DNA of 64,000 bases. Origin: a virus. Taxonomy: Duplodnaviria > Caudoviricetes. Below the pieces are notes generated by a model. That model did no database searches. It saw only the letters and a program-made list of their open reading frames with translations, and was not told the origin of the DNA. The position numbers were made by a program, and so were the translations under genes. Below, piece by piece: positions 29,101-37,972 of this stretch (within the stretch, counting starts at the first letter, position 1; the number at the start of each line of letters is the position of its first letter). The stretch lies in the IMG/VR virus record IMGVR_UViG_3300047160_009226, positions 136,690-200,689 of that record; one strand, given 5' to 3'.

Positions 29101-30585
29101 TCCACCTCCTCCACCTGATGATCCTCCACCTTGGCTCGCAATATCTCCACAAGCTCCAGCACTGGTCGGTGGTAAAGAAGCTGAAGTTGCATCAAAAGAA
29201 GGAGTTGGATCTGTCCCGCCTTTGAAAGATGTCTTCTTTAAAGTATCAACTAGTCCAGTAATATCTCCCACCCCAATAACGTTAACTAAATTATTCGCCA
29301 TTCCATTATTACGAATAGCTGTCTTAACGTCATCCGCTGTTGATATAAATGCACTTCTATAATCTGTTCCCAAATAAACAGTGATGTCCATATTAAGGAC
29401 AACCACTCTTAATGGAGAGTTAGGAATGACCGACGGAGGAGGAGAACTAGGAACTTGCGGTGATAGTGGTGCTGCATAAGTCAGTGAAATCGAATTACCA
29501 GTCGCTCCTAAAATATTTGATGTGTAGTTTAATTGATTATCAGTAGAAGTATCTCCAGTCGTAAGATTAGCCGACACCATGCTAGGTGGATATTGCACAC
29601 CTACATAACCTGGTGTAAGCTGCATCGAACCAAGAGGCAACGATGATGATGAATCTCTTACAACCGAAATTTCTGGAAAAGTCCAATACCCATGAGCTTG
29701 AACTGGAGCATCAACAAATAACTTAATTGATAATTGGACTTCACTGTTATCAGATCTTCTTGCATGAAACACAACATTGTATGTACCAGGTTTCAAATTT
29801 TGAGTCAAAAGCCATGCTGTTGTTCTTTGACTTTGCCCTCCAGCTTGAATCGGAAGTTGCTCCACATCAATATAAACACGAATCACACCATCAATACACA
29901 CTGCAGGAGGCAATGCCGGTGGCAGTAAAATCGGTTGCGGATCCCCAGGAGGTACCACTATTGCCGGTGGTGGTAATAAAGGAGTGCCAATCGGTAGCCC
30001 ACCACTGGCTGAAGGTGGTGGGCCATAAGTAATAGGTGGTAATGACGAAAGCGGTGGTAATGGCGGAAGCGGTGGTAATGGTGGAGAAAAAGTCGGAGGA
30101 GGTGGTGGAGGTGGCGGAAGTGGTGGAAGTGGTGGAGAAGGCGGTGAACCCGGAGGTAATGGTAGTGATCCCCAACCACCCGGACAACCACCACGAACAA
30201 GTACAGTATCATTGCCCAGCTTAAAAAATAAAGATCCAGTGTTATCCCAGGGAATAATGTCCTGATCTTGTATTAGTGAAGGAGCACCCTGACCTTGACA
30301 TGGAACCAATACTCTAGTTAATCGAACATTGCTGGGAGGAAAACACTCAAGAATATAAGTAATAACACTATTCCCATAAGTCTGACACCTATCAACGAGT
30401 GTTTTTGATATATGCCCATTCTGATCGAATGTAGCTGGAAACCAATTGGGAAGAGATCCTCCAGAAATCTGAGAAGGATCCGATACCAGTATCCACGTCC
30501 CCTGAGGAATGCAACACGGCACTAAACCAGCCATAGGTGCAGGTGCGTTTACCAGCGCTATAGGTGACTTCGAAGTAGACGGCAA
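23194..30585 (-). CDS. Giant (2463 aa) Pro-rich tail fibre/adhesin-like protein with three He_PIG-like Ig domains and about five repeated beta-rich domains
   Basis: LP.A..G.PY...GG.PPY.W...LPPG...SG.P..G.Y.F.V.V.DS repeats; recurring W.G.WT...I..L motif; C-terminal IDDELI...NVWRGVNETFEAFH motif typical of phage tail proteins. Confidence 0.8.
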   Translation of the reverse strand: MPSTSKSPIALVNAPAPMAGLVPCCIPQGTWILVSDPSQISGGSLPNWFPATFDQNGHISKTLVDRCQTYGNSVITYILECFPPSNVRLTRVLVPCQGQGAPSLIQDQDIIPWDNTGSLFFKLGNDTVLVRGGCPGGWGSLPLPPGSPPSPPLPPLPPPPPPPPTFSPPLPPLPPLPPLSSLPPITYGPPPSASGGLPIGTPLLPPPAIVVPPGDPQPILLPPALPPAVCIDGVIRVYIDVEQLPIQAGGQSQRTTAWLLTQNLKPGTYNVVFHARRSDNSEVQLSIKLFVDAPVQAHGYWTFPEISVVRDSSSSLPLGSMQLTPGYVGVQYPPSMVSANLTTGDTSTDNQLNYTSNILGATGNSISLTYAAPLSPQVPSSPPPSVIPNSPLRVVVLNMDITVYLGTDYRSAFISTADDVKTAIRNNGMANNLVNVIGVGDITGLVDTLKKTSFKGGTDPTPSFDATSASLPPTSAGACGDIASQGGGSSGGGGGGSSGSGGRGITLLVTPFASPPPPSFIWSITPGLYGTNGLPPGLNFDSALAAIYGVPTQEGDYVVTVHVTDSNNYRSTAQASITIFPSRPEPAVKFGDYWVLPREIYDETEPELDGVLTDPIPDNPVQNLIPFADIHRTFWGPVPLWLTLKNGGEISSVMSLSGQPSVAIIQMDPLDGPGPWTEVRVSFSAIKSPSNSEDFKMTLVVRPMSGGIPLRGAVEKSTLPLDFVSSNFSHQMVWRGLWFQSDLVRLAIRFEPRFPDKMWTDHPDELGRNQVELSDLSVVVRAIPIPELALEASLLTAGQPIGDIQFTPELSDSWQTYEMLWTGHWTGREIEDLSLVMEPHLIAEDVDDANAATPWVLLSNVEVEAAVEPPPAVIIPPPQIPDLLSVEVDPMGAADLSWYDFAVKITSNGYDGTVFPGVTWIGLNPGVTGTFSEDQISINNGETVQILFHVTSGTAAVGTVARFSITAVASDSSGSGASGIVQFIIAEAPLPPLPSPPSKPGSTEFFVDVLPVVAEIPTYGTASYAVTVTAPIGTTTVALSAGIRPFDDVGGATIQKAFSQSVVQPAPGAPVKVTLTVQTTNTREDSYSIDILGVGSDVGYAGTQAILVVKGAPVTPIPVPPPLPVLPPPAGTSVVETLVPDSVLSQLGTISGTWSDINSTITSPNDQTYVMYSFGPPPLLSMAAVNYGMTDPVTDAIWTMLILRVRMQEVYDVQSPVFSFQPYIDGLPVGSPKTFSVVDGLSTVLQNFAWTWEGEWTTEQIRGLVVQVACYTTAGQTQLNAIKVTEIDALVSGNIVNPLPVTVPVRLEPDQVLSSVPPLWGFSTDTLLDAINVDIDCTDDSNYATIILDPAGSGTDISQQEFGFTDPPIQAVWNNITVRVRARYVTGGVAGLEADLNLGTMTIKGPMNTLALGSFTNYLAVFTGSWDNADISGATVNVILMNSDGSTKSTVEVSGVDIIAGGVPIAYNQIKVIPVNEIQSYGTHQGSIVDIWEGLKWPSGSPTSPSPLPKIAYSDTDINSDYEIFPLSFDQRSSAVVYDFADPSNAAVFPSPPPPVFLPPPPGFLPPPPGVSSPFYTAITVRVRLHQDPRLVPPTIYSVPPSPPFTVIGNPTILPDGQVGVPYPKDQSDIVAFTVTGGQPPYIWYIYIVPTSGNQLAGIPPGIIGVTNPADSSEFNYSGTPTQAGVYLFGVTVTDAKGRQNHWNTTHDIIAPGPPPGPPVLPPPSPPGPPVPPTPSPPPTLPPPPPSPPIYDMKIWISGYTTGLDPDDPTTIWEPPDYAPITPPDDGLNHVAVSRVSFNTINQTIELGAKGGADLLELAGFARSGLVWSNIPDSDISGLNTGLKATFAGVPDTTPPPTTIPKGPYQSGGTVGKAPFTLKLQYFGTAGKPDKGDVLMSVTGHPDATGNMSGTGAGSGQIYWGYLSPLVILTSELPNATLGAPYSESLSAVGGTPPYHWGLLAGNLPPNITLDPGGSGVFSGIPVTVGTSGGRYPFSVGVVDSANQVQTADLSITVIQPILVLPPPPPPHLLPPPPGVLPPGPPPIIGPPGQVVFVVEEAPGIDVWFQPLLPDKCTGALAGLGPMLINNFLIPRPETGSSEPPSAGPWKDFTTYTWYGFWTADQLSQIMIEFQMSLADPVSPGAQNNLYIAALDLIVTEAAGPEVVNWLVSQLPDGRIKWLSSRVDPGPISGMWYDFDVLPYRPVGSTPAFIQSILGTAHKGGVDQKSADSVLDRYEIFGWLDKDGDGTANAGDDPSESSMASLATGIGVLDSTILLKNINALKDPLNKYFHGFMIDDELIVVQNEQIDFNGGLLNNVWRGVNETFEAFHNVGTIVFPVSYWEIMYQIKVSGAATGEFKGHAVGWNTPPNTDNGTPGELLQDGPLDLRPFSGNYPIRWLLRLRVSDIYGFSSDSDPTLSDYPDRFVSTGPGAYFGPNGNNYIPAKRVLYVLQSRDPKRPRILSSQ

Positions 30586-30595
30586 GAGATACCCC

Positions 30596-33058
30596 TTACA
30601 CGATGATCACATTGATCAGTTTCGTAGCATACATCCGTGTTTGTAGCCCTGTTTCTTTTGTTGCCGCAAAGATCAAGGTTTGCTGTTCTGCCGGCCCTAA
30701 CACAATTCCATCTGATTTTAATACTCCATTCTGCGTAAATCTCATCCCATGATTAGCAAGAAATGATGGATCATTGACTGTCCATGTCACATTACCTTCT
30801 GCCCCTCCTGCCGTCGTGAACTGCTGATTAAACGATGTTCCATGTGTTACATTAATAGTCGATGGTGTAGTAATCTGATAATACTCAGGGATCGCCGCAT
30901 TAGGATTACAATTCACTATAACATGAGATTCTATCTCACCGCTTTCTGTAAAGGCCAACACTTTAACATCCGATCTACTAGCCACTGAGGCTGAAACCGT
31001 CAATGCCAATAAAGCCACCTCAGTAGTATTAGATCTGACATTGATATTTGGTCTCTCCGGAACTGCTATCACTTGATTTGATTGATCAAGATCAGTCACA
31101 GTGACCAACAAAAATACCATCTGATCTAAATAAGTTTTATTAGTAAGATAAACCTCGCATGTCAAATCATAAAGATATCCAGTTTGCAAATCCCAATTTG
31201 GTGGTGCAATTGCAACTTGAAATGGACCGGGTGGACTCTTATATGGTAATTGAGAATAAAACTTGACTTCAGGATCCCCCGTTACATACAGTTGTACCAA
31301 ATCAGTGATCTCAGCAGATCGATACTGAGTTGGACCAGGTTTAATCAATACTCCAATCTCAAGATCTCCTGAAAACAAACCAGACTGTCTATCCGCTTGA
31401 ACATGTAATTCCGTAGGAAACACACTAAGCTCAAACGGTACCAAAGGTAATAATGTTCCATCTATTGCTAATGGAGGACCTGTATATGGAGGTGATATTG
31501 GAGTCGTTCCTCCGCCATCTCCGCCACCTCCACCACCTCCACCACCTCCGCCACCTCCACCACCTCCACCACCTCCGCCATCCGGAGGTGGAGATACAGT
31601 CGGTGGTGGAGATACAGTCGGTGGTGGAGATACAGTCGGTGGTGGAGATACTGTTGGTGGAGATGCCACCACTAAAGTAGCATTCAATTCAACGGGACCA
31701 CAAGGCTGATTTTGATCTCCATTCCAAGTAATCGTACCAATTGGTATATTCGACTGAGTACCTACAGTTGATCCAGGAGTAAAAGTAAAACCTACGTTAT
31801 AAACTAATCGATTTGCTGTAGGACTTGGTCCTGAAGTCAATGTTATGCCAGAAACAGGAGGCGATGCCAGTGTCCAAGTCGGAGTACCGGTTAAACCAGA
31901 AATAGCGAAATCCCATGTAATATTAAGAGTTACAGGAGATCCACTCTGTAGAGCACTAAACAAAAGAGGTGGAGTTGGATTTACCGTAACTGTACACTGA
32001 CCAGGTGCAGGAGGCTGCGGACCTAAAACAGTAGAAGAAGTACAAGGAAATTTTGCTAAATCAAGCTGTTGCGGACCAGTTAATGCAACAGGGGATGTGC
32101 TAAGCCAAACATCTGTCTGAAGAATAGCAATTTGACACAATCCAACGGCATTTATTACCGATGATTGAAAAGTTGCATGAGTAAAATCCAAAGCATTGCC
32201 ACTAGTATCTCTTTCACCAGTAGACCACGGAAAATCATATTTTACATTGCTTCCAGTATCTGGAATCTGACCGCTTGTATTTGACCACGATATACTTATT
32301 TTATTTCCAGTCGGACCTGTTACCTCCACCTGTCCCCACGCTCCCAACTGAGAATAAGAGGCTGGACCTGACATTGTCCCAGTATCTTTAGGAGGTGTCG
32401 TAGGAGTGCGTGCATAAGTAACAATCACATCAAACGAACCAACTATACCAGGACTACCAGAAAGCAGGAAATAAACACCATTACTATGATATGTTACATT
32501 ACAAGGGTACTCACTAATATCTGCTGCACCTCCACTCATCGTAAAATTTGTTATTTGTTGAACTGTAATAGGATCCGTTGGACTATACCGTTGGGCTTCC
32601 AAACAGTAAATATCAAGCGGCAATTGTACTGATCCATCGCAACTCTTACCAGTAGTAGGATTACTAGCAGTATAATTAACAGTAATAGTAGTCGAATGAG
32701 TCCCAACTGGAAGATTACCAACACTCGGTGGTGGAAGAATACCACTGATAGTAATATTATAACTATCAAGCCAATTATTATTAGATAACTGAGTGAGGTC
32801 AATAACATGACCCTGAGATTGTTGATTCCCATATAAATTATACCATTTGCCAGCCACACGCGCCCATGTAGCATTACTTGGTAAGGAGTAAGACCAGTAG
32901 ATTTGAGTATAACCATCATGCAAAGCTTGAATACTAATCCTAACTTGTACAGTCAGATCCCGCTCACAACCTGCCAACACGAGATACGGAGACACTGCCC
33001 CAGAGTAGGTAGTCTCTGCCAACGTAGGAGTCAAATATTGAGTTGCACAAACTGCCAT
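30596..33058 (-). CDS. Ser/Thr/Pro/Gly-rich putative tail appendage protein with C-terminal Ig-like domain
   Basis: Beta-rich sequence, (VSPPPT)n and poly-Gly linker, C-terminal FNQQFTTAGGAEGNVTW. Confidence 0.7.
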   Translation of the reverse strand: MAVCATQYLTPTLAETTYSGAVSPYLVLAGCERDLTVQVRISIQALHDGYTQIYWSYSLPSNATWARVAGKWYNLYGNQQSQGHVIDLTQLSNNNWLDSYNITISGILPPPSVGNLPVGTHSTTITVNYTASNPTTGKSCDGSVQLPLDIYCLEAQRYSPTDPITVQQITNFTMSGGAADISEYPCNVTYHSNGVYFLLSGSPGIVGSFDVIVTYARTPTTPPKDTGTMSGPASYSQLGAWGQVEVTGPTGNKISISWSNTSGQIPDTGSNVKYDFPWSTGERDTSGNALDFTHATFQSSVINAVGLCQIAILQTDVWLSTSPVALTGPQQLDLAKFPCTSSTVLGPQPPAPGQCTVTVNPTPPLLFSALQSGSPVTLNITWDFAISGLTGTPTWTLASPPVSGITLTSGPSPTANRLVYNVGFTFTPGSTVGTQSNIPIGTITWNGDQNQPCGPVELNATLVVASPPTVSPPPTVSPPPTVSPPPTVSPPPDGGGGGGGGGGGGGGGGGGGGDGGGTTPISPPYTGPPLAIDGTLLPLVPFELSVFPTELHVQADRQSGLFSGDLEIGVLIKPGPTQYRSAEITDLVQLYVTGDPEVKFYSQLPYKSPPGPFQVAIAPPNWDLQTGYLYDLTCEVYLTNKTYLDQMVFLLVTVTDLDQSNQVIAVPERPNINVRSNTTEVALLALTVSASVASRSDVKVLAFTESGEIESHVIVNCNPNAAIPEYYQITTPSTINVTHGTSFNQQFTTAGGAEGNVTWTVNDPSFLANHGMRFTQNGVLKSDGIVLGPAEQQTLIFAATKETGLQTRMYATKLINVIIV
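31510..31662. repeat. Coding tandem repeats: about 4 x 18-bp GGTGGTGGAGATACAGTC (VSPPPT) next to a poly-Gly tract
   Basis: Direct reading of 31586-31662 and (CCA/CCT/CCG)n at 31510-31583. Confidence 0.85.
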
Positions 33059-33065
33059 ACAACCC

Positions 33066-36000
33066 TCACAAACCGATGTAATACCACGGAACAGAAATCT
33101 GATGCACTCCCGCTGAATAAATTAAACTGACGATAATTCCTCCATCTTCAGGATCTACAGGGAAAGAATCAATCTGATCTCCAATCCATCCATAAATAAA
33201 GAAAGTAATCGAATTTTTGCCACTACCAACACCAGCAATTGGCTGAGAAGAACTATATGAATTACCAGCCAAGTCAGAGATTCTGAGATTAACACTTCCA
33301 TCTGCGATAAAATTAACAGTCGATAAAGTCGCATCTGGATTCGTAACCATAACTTGAGCTACAAGCTTCCCCTGAGGTGCAGCACAATCTCCAAGGGAAC
33401 CACAAGAAAAGATCTCTGGTGTCGATTCCACCACAGTCATAATTGTATCGGGTGGTGAAGGTGGTGACGGTGTTGGCGAAGGTGCAGGAGTTATCAAAAC
33501 ATCTTGGAACGTCAATCTCACAGAGAGTGCACATAGAGCAACTTCAACCGGATCCTGGATCTCCCCATTGCCACCCAAAGAATTAGCAATGACCGCGACC
33601 TTCAACCGATTAATTTGATCTGTAGTCAATCCTGGATCATAGTTCCAAGTGATGAAGTATAATGCCTGATCTGATGTCAAAGGAGAAGTCCATTGCTCTT
33701 GTCCAAAATTTGTAGATACTAAAAGATTAGCGTTTACTGAACTCCAAGTAATCAGTCTTGCTTGAATGATCGCTTCTACCGTAATCCACTCTCTGACATA
33801 GCCAGACATTACAATAGGGAGGCCCGTAGGCGCTGCCATCTCCAATAATAACTGGTTATTTGTGCGAGGATCTGCTATGACATCATTATCTGAAGCTAGA
33901 GTTGGATCAGTTACTAACATAATCCACGCAGGAATAGGAGTCCATGCCGTTACCGAAATATCAGCCATGGGGATAACATCTACTTGATTAAGCTTGATTA
34001 ATGGCTGAGAAATAGGTTGCGATATTCCAGGGCACCAAGGAGAAATAATCGCATCCATTGCACAAATATCAATAAACGGTATGTCATCATCAAGCAATAA
34101 GGCTTCAGAAGAAAGTCGTATTCTCAAATCTTTAATATTATTAGCTGACCAAAATCCATTCCATATTAAGTCATATTCAAGCCAATTTAAAGTGAGATTG
34201 TCTGTATGTTGGATCAAAGATTCCATTAAGTCCATATTACCTTGAAGACTAACTCCGACCCGACATTCACTTGTCAACTGAAGAGTAGAGCCAATAGTTT
34301 GTGTAACCTGAATAAAAAATGGCGGAATATCTTGAGAATACTGAATAATATTGAGTCCAGTAACTACATACGGTCCTGTAATCATCAATGCAGCACTGAT
34401 CGCAGTGCTTCCAACAGGGGTAGGTAATCCTCCTTTATTCAAAGCAATTTTGTAATAAATGACCGTACTCTGAAACGCTGCTAGGTCAAATACAACTGCT
34501 CCATAATAATTAATTCCGTCTGTACTTACAGAGACTGCAAAATTATCTGAATCTTGCCCAGAGAAAAAGAATTCTGCATGAATATCTATATTCGTTTGTA
34601 AAACACCTGCCCCACTAATTTCCGTAGATGAAACTCGATAGGCCATAAGCTGATTATTACATTCAGCAAAAGGATTCCAGCGAACTTGATAGTTTGGTAC
34701 TCCAATAGCCACTTCATCTGATGTCGGAGCAAACGTAATAATATTAGCTTGAACTCCCGAAAGACTGTTATCAGTCGTACCGGGAGCATTTGATCTGGCT
34801 TTAGCAATCAACCTAACCTTAATCTGATTGTATCCGGCATCCCAGTGAATCGGACTTGGTGTTAATGCTATCTGTCCAGGAGCCCCTGGCGGAACATTCA
34901 CCGGAGCCGTAATAAAACACACATTCGCAGGAAGAGGAAAAGCTACTGGAGCAGTCAGTTCGACCTCTAATGGTGGAACCTGCCATATACCAGAGAAATC
35001 TGTTGCTCGTGGAGTTAACTGCTGCGGTGGAGGGCAAGGATATACAGCTGGCTCTTTAGTTGCCGGAATTGGCAACGGTGGTGCTGGTGTCTCCGGTTGA
35101 GGTGGCCTCGATCTTGCAGCCCGAAACCTTAACTGAAGAGCATCCCAAGGTCCCTCCGTAATCGGATTGGTAAACCCAACTTCTAACCTTGGTCTGATTG
35201 TACCTGTATAATTTCCTGTGGCTTCGTCAAATGTATCTATAGTTGCTGGGCCATAAAGAGGGACAGCAGCATCTACAGGATTATCTGGATTCAAAGGATC
35301 ATTTAATTGCATGAAAGCAGGTCGCGGCTGCCAGAGCCTGACCAAAATATCTCGGTTAGGGCGAAGAATCTCCGATCCAGGAGGAAGTGGCGGTAAAAAT
35401 ACTGGTGGCGGTGGTGGGAGCGGAGGTAACGGTGTCTCAATCTCGATAAATGGAGGAAGAGTTCCAGGAACATCCGGCGGCTGAATTGGTTCAGTCAGTG
35501 GTGGAGAAGGTGGTGGCGGTAAAAGAGCGGGAGCAATACTGCAGTATGCAATCGTCAGATGATTAATTCGAACGTCACCGGCATCAAGAGTCGCTACTAT
35601 AACTACTACCCTGAGCTTTGTGATGCTCGGTAAGTTTGGTAATCCCACAAAAATACCTGAAATAAAATTTGTTGTATATCCGCTACTTAAAGTCACTGAA
35701 GAGGAATATTGATTATTCCAAAGATTATCAGCTAAATCAAAATACTGAAGTACAATCTTCAAACCAGCGGTTGTAGCATTATTATATCTCGTGGAGATGA
35801 TAATCTGAGCGTCACTAGGATTTGTAATAGATGGATATGAAGGAAGTGGAAACTCTACCCCCAATTGACTATTAACTGTCGTCGATCCAACATATTCTTC
35901 TTCCAGTGGGACAAATGGATCTTCTAACTCTTCAAGCCCACCATACCATCCAAATGAATCTGGTGAGAATCTATATGGCTCCAGAACAAGGGGAGATCCT

Positions 36001-36116
36001 TGACTGCATATAAGACCTCCAGTAAAAGGAGGAGGTGAAGGGGATGATGATGCTGCAATGCTCACATACGGAGGCATTCGTGCCAGAAAGCTCAATTTCT
36101 TAGGAAGTCCAGTCAT
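33066..36116 (-). CDS. Large Pro-rich putative virion protein sharing the repeated beta-rich domain with the 2463-aa protein
   Basis: ILRPNRD..W....ND...GFTNP...WDALQLRFRA...WNGFWSANNIKDLRIRL. Confidence 0.75.
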   Translation of the reverse strand: MTGLPKKLSFLARMPPYVSIAASSSPSPPPFTGGLICSQGSPLVLEPYRFSPDSFGWYGGLEELEDPFVPLEEEYVGSTTVNSQLGVEFPLPSYPSITNPSDAQIIISTRYNNATTAGLKIVLQYFDLADNLWNNQYSSSVTLSSGYTTNFISGIFVGLPNLPSITKLRVVVIVATLDAGDVRINHLTIAYCSIAPALLPPPPSPPLTEPIQPPDVPGTLPPFIEIETPLPPLPPPPPVFLPPLPPGSEILRPNRDILVRLWQPRPAFMQLNDPLNPDNPVDAAVPLYGPATIDTFDEATGNYTGTIRPRLEVGFTNPITEGPWDALQLRFRAARSRPPQPETPAPPLPIPATKEPAVYPCPPPQQLTPRATDFSGIWQVPPLEVELTAPVAFPLPANVCFITAPVNVPPGAPGQIALTPSPIHWDAGYNQIKVRLIAKARSNAPGTTDNSLSGVQANIITFAPTSDEVAIGVPNYQVRWNPFAECNNQLMAYRVSSTEISGAGVLQTNIDIHAEFFFSGQDSDNFAVSVSTDGINYYGAVVFDLAAFQSTVIYYKIALNKGGLPTPVGSTAISAALMITGPYVVTGLNIIQYSQDIPPFFIQVTQTIGSTLQLTSECRVGVSLQGNMDLMESLIQHTDNLTLNWLEYDLIWNGFWSANNIKDLRIRLSSEALLLDDDIPFIDICAMDAIISPWCPGISQPISQPLIKLNQVDVIPMADISVTAWTPIPAWIMLVTDPTLASDNDVIADPRTNNQLLLEMAAPTGLPIVMSGYVREWITVEAIIQARLITWSSVNANLLVSTNFGQEQWTSPLTSDQALYFITWNYDPGLTTDQINRLKVAVIANSLGGNGEIQDPVEVALCALSVRLTFQDVLITPAPSPTPSPPSPPDTIMTVVESTPEIFSCGSLGDCAAPQGKLVAQVMVTNPDATLSTVNFIADGSVNLRISDLAGNSYSSSQPIAGVGSGKNSITFFIYGWIGDQIDSFPVDPEDGGIIVSLIYSAGVHQISVPWYYIGL

Positions 36117-36278
36117 TCAAACCTCATATAACAATTCCAACCTGTCTCAATTTCTCAAAAATCATCTCTCACTAAATTGTATCCAAGTGTGCTTTCGACC
36201 CTCCTACCATACGCCATAACTGAATAGTACGATATCCACAATGCAAAATTAACAACAATTCATTTATAACTCAACCCT

Positions 36279-37070
36279 TCAATAATTCGTAATCAACACA
36301 ACCTCAATCTCATTGTCTTCTTTCGATCTCACTAACTCAGTCACATCAAATTTATATAACAACAAACGCATAAACGCTGTATTGTTATCAGTGACAGCCC
36401 ATCTTATCCCACGCTTATCCAGATCTATGCATACTGTAGTTAATCTTGAGTAATCCTTCTGAGTAAATTCAAAAGTATCTTTCTCATTTCTGTGGTAGCC
36501 AAAAACTCGTTTCTCCGGGCATGGAGGATCAAAATAAATGAAGTCATTTTCTTTTGCTGATTCTACGGTCTCTTCAAAATCTCCATACTCCAATTTGACT
36601 CCCTTTAAAGCTTTAGATACTGCCTTGAGATTTTCCTCTGTATAAACCGATTGTATCTTTCCAAAACTGACGTTAAACTCTCCACGTCTATTCGTTCGAA
36701 AGATTTCTCCAAACGAAAGTTTGTTCAGGAAAATAAAATGAGCGGCCCTGTAATTCACATCGATGTGATCAGGGATGATTTTCCTAACTCGATTGTAAAC
36801 TTCACGACAGGGAGTCAAACTTTCCAAAATCTTGACGACTCCCTGATAGTCATCCTTGATCGCCAAGTACATATCCATGAGCCAGCAATTCTTATCCCCA
36901 AGAACTGCGGGGTAATGCTGACTCTTAAGGAACACACTTGCCGAACCAACTAAAGGTTCATAGTATGTTCCAAAGTCCAGGGGAAATCTCTCTTGAACCT
37001 TCTGGGCAATCTCATACCGATTATCTGGCCAAGATATGACCGGATGAGGTTGAACTTTCAGGGATTCCAT
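36279..37070 (-). CDS. Dam-family (D12 class) adenine methyltransferase homologue with degenerate catalytic motifs
   Basis: Overall Dam layout (YYEP, LGDKN..L, FNVSFG, FIYFDPP); DPPC for DPPY, EPLVGSA for EPF.GGG, SWPDNR for KW.GGK; start refined to ATG 37070. Confidence 0.8.
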   Translation of the reverse strand: MESLKVQPHPVISWPDNRYEIAQKVQERFPLDFGTYYEPLVGSASVFLKSQHYPAVLGDKNCWLMDMYLAIKDDYQGVVKILESLTPCREVYNRVRKIIPDHIDVNYRAAHFIFLNKLSFGEIFRTNRRGEFNVSFGKIQSVYTEENLKAVSKALKGVKLEYGDFEETVESAKENDFIYFDPPCPEKRVFGYHRNEKDTFEFTQKDYSRLTTVCIDLDKRGIRWAVTDNNTAFMRLLLYKFDVTELVRSKEDNEIEVVLITNY

Positions 37071-37071
37071 T

Positions 37072-37866
37072 TTATTGGTTGGAAGGGTCTTCAACCCAGG
37101 TTTTGTTGTGTATAATACTCCATATACTCGGTTCAGTTAACCCATATTCCAATGCCAAGTCTTTTTGAGTGTAGTTCCCGGTGGCATACTTCACTCGTAT
37201 CTCTCTAGCCTGTTCCAACTTCAACTTCGCATTTCCATTGTTTTCCCCCTTCTTTCCTTTACCTCGAATAACTTTACCTACATTATTATATCGATTAGGA
37301 GGACTTTCAACCCATGCCCGGTTATTTAAAATCCTCGATATTGTATTTCTAGAAAGACTATAATCAAAAGCTAACTCTTCCTGATCATACCCCCCAGTAT
37401 CATATTTCGCTCGAATCTCTCTGGCCTGTTCCCAGTTTGATTTCGCATTATAATGGGTTTCTGCCCTAGGAATCGTCCCATGCGTTATTCTATCAATATT
37501 ATTACCTCTACATGTGTCATACCGTAAATTCCACCAATAATTATTTGCGGGATTGCCATCATTATGACAAACTTCCATCCCTGCCGGGCAAGGTTCTGAA
37601 ACCGCTTCTAGAACCAACCGATGAACCTTGTTCGTGTATATAACTCCATTAAAACTGAGGTGAATAAAGAAATATCCGTCCTTATCTCGTCCTGGATTTA
37701 GTCTCGTCCAATTATTGGACACAATCCAATTCCACCCTATCTTTTGATATCGACTCCAAATGGACCCGTCATCCCCAACAAGATAAACACTATCAAAGTT
37801 TGGAATCACAAAATACCGAACCACCGCCGCATCTGAACCAACATTCTCACTCCAAAATTCGTACAT
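37072..37866 (-). mobile_element. Free-standing NUMOD4-HNH homing endonuclease with tandem C-terminal HTH domains
   Basis: Y.VGDDGSIWS, KVHRLVLEA...MEVCHNDGNPANN...NLRY; two copies of AK....Q.REIR.KY..G...Q..LA..Y.L....I..I..N..W. Confidence 0.9.
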
Positions 37867-37955
37867 GCTAACCCCTTTTCAAAATTGATCCTATCTCTAA
37901 ACTTAATATACCCCCAACCATCGAAAAATTATTCCTCAAAATGAGCCTACCTTCT

Positions 37956-37964
37956 ATTATAACA
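37956..37964 (-). promoter_or_regulatory. Extended -10 promoter (TGnTATAAT) upstream of HNH-dam
   Basis: Minus strand TGTTATAAT in the 106-nt intergenic gap. Confidence 0.45.
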
Positions 37965-37972
37965 CCCCTTCC

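Noticed and set aside
31586-31662. Tandem 18-bp repeats as a possible CRISPR
   Set aside because: No spacers; in-frame coding repeat (VSPPPT)
37867-37890. ATCAATTTT..GTTAG similarity upstream of the first HNH to the duplicated dam start
   Set aside because: Short, gapped and AT-rich; does not translate to the dam N-terminus
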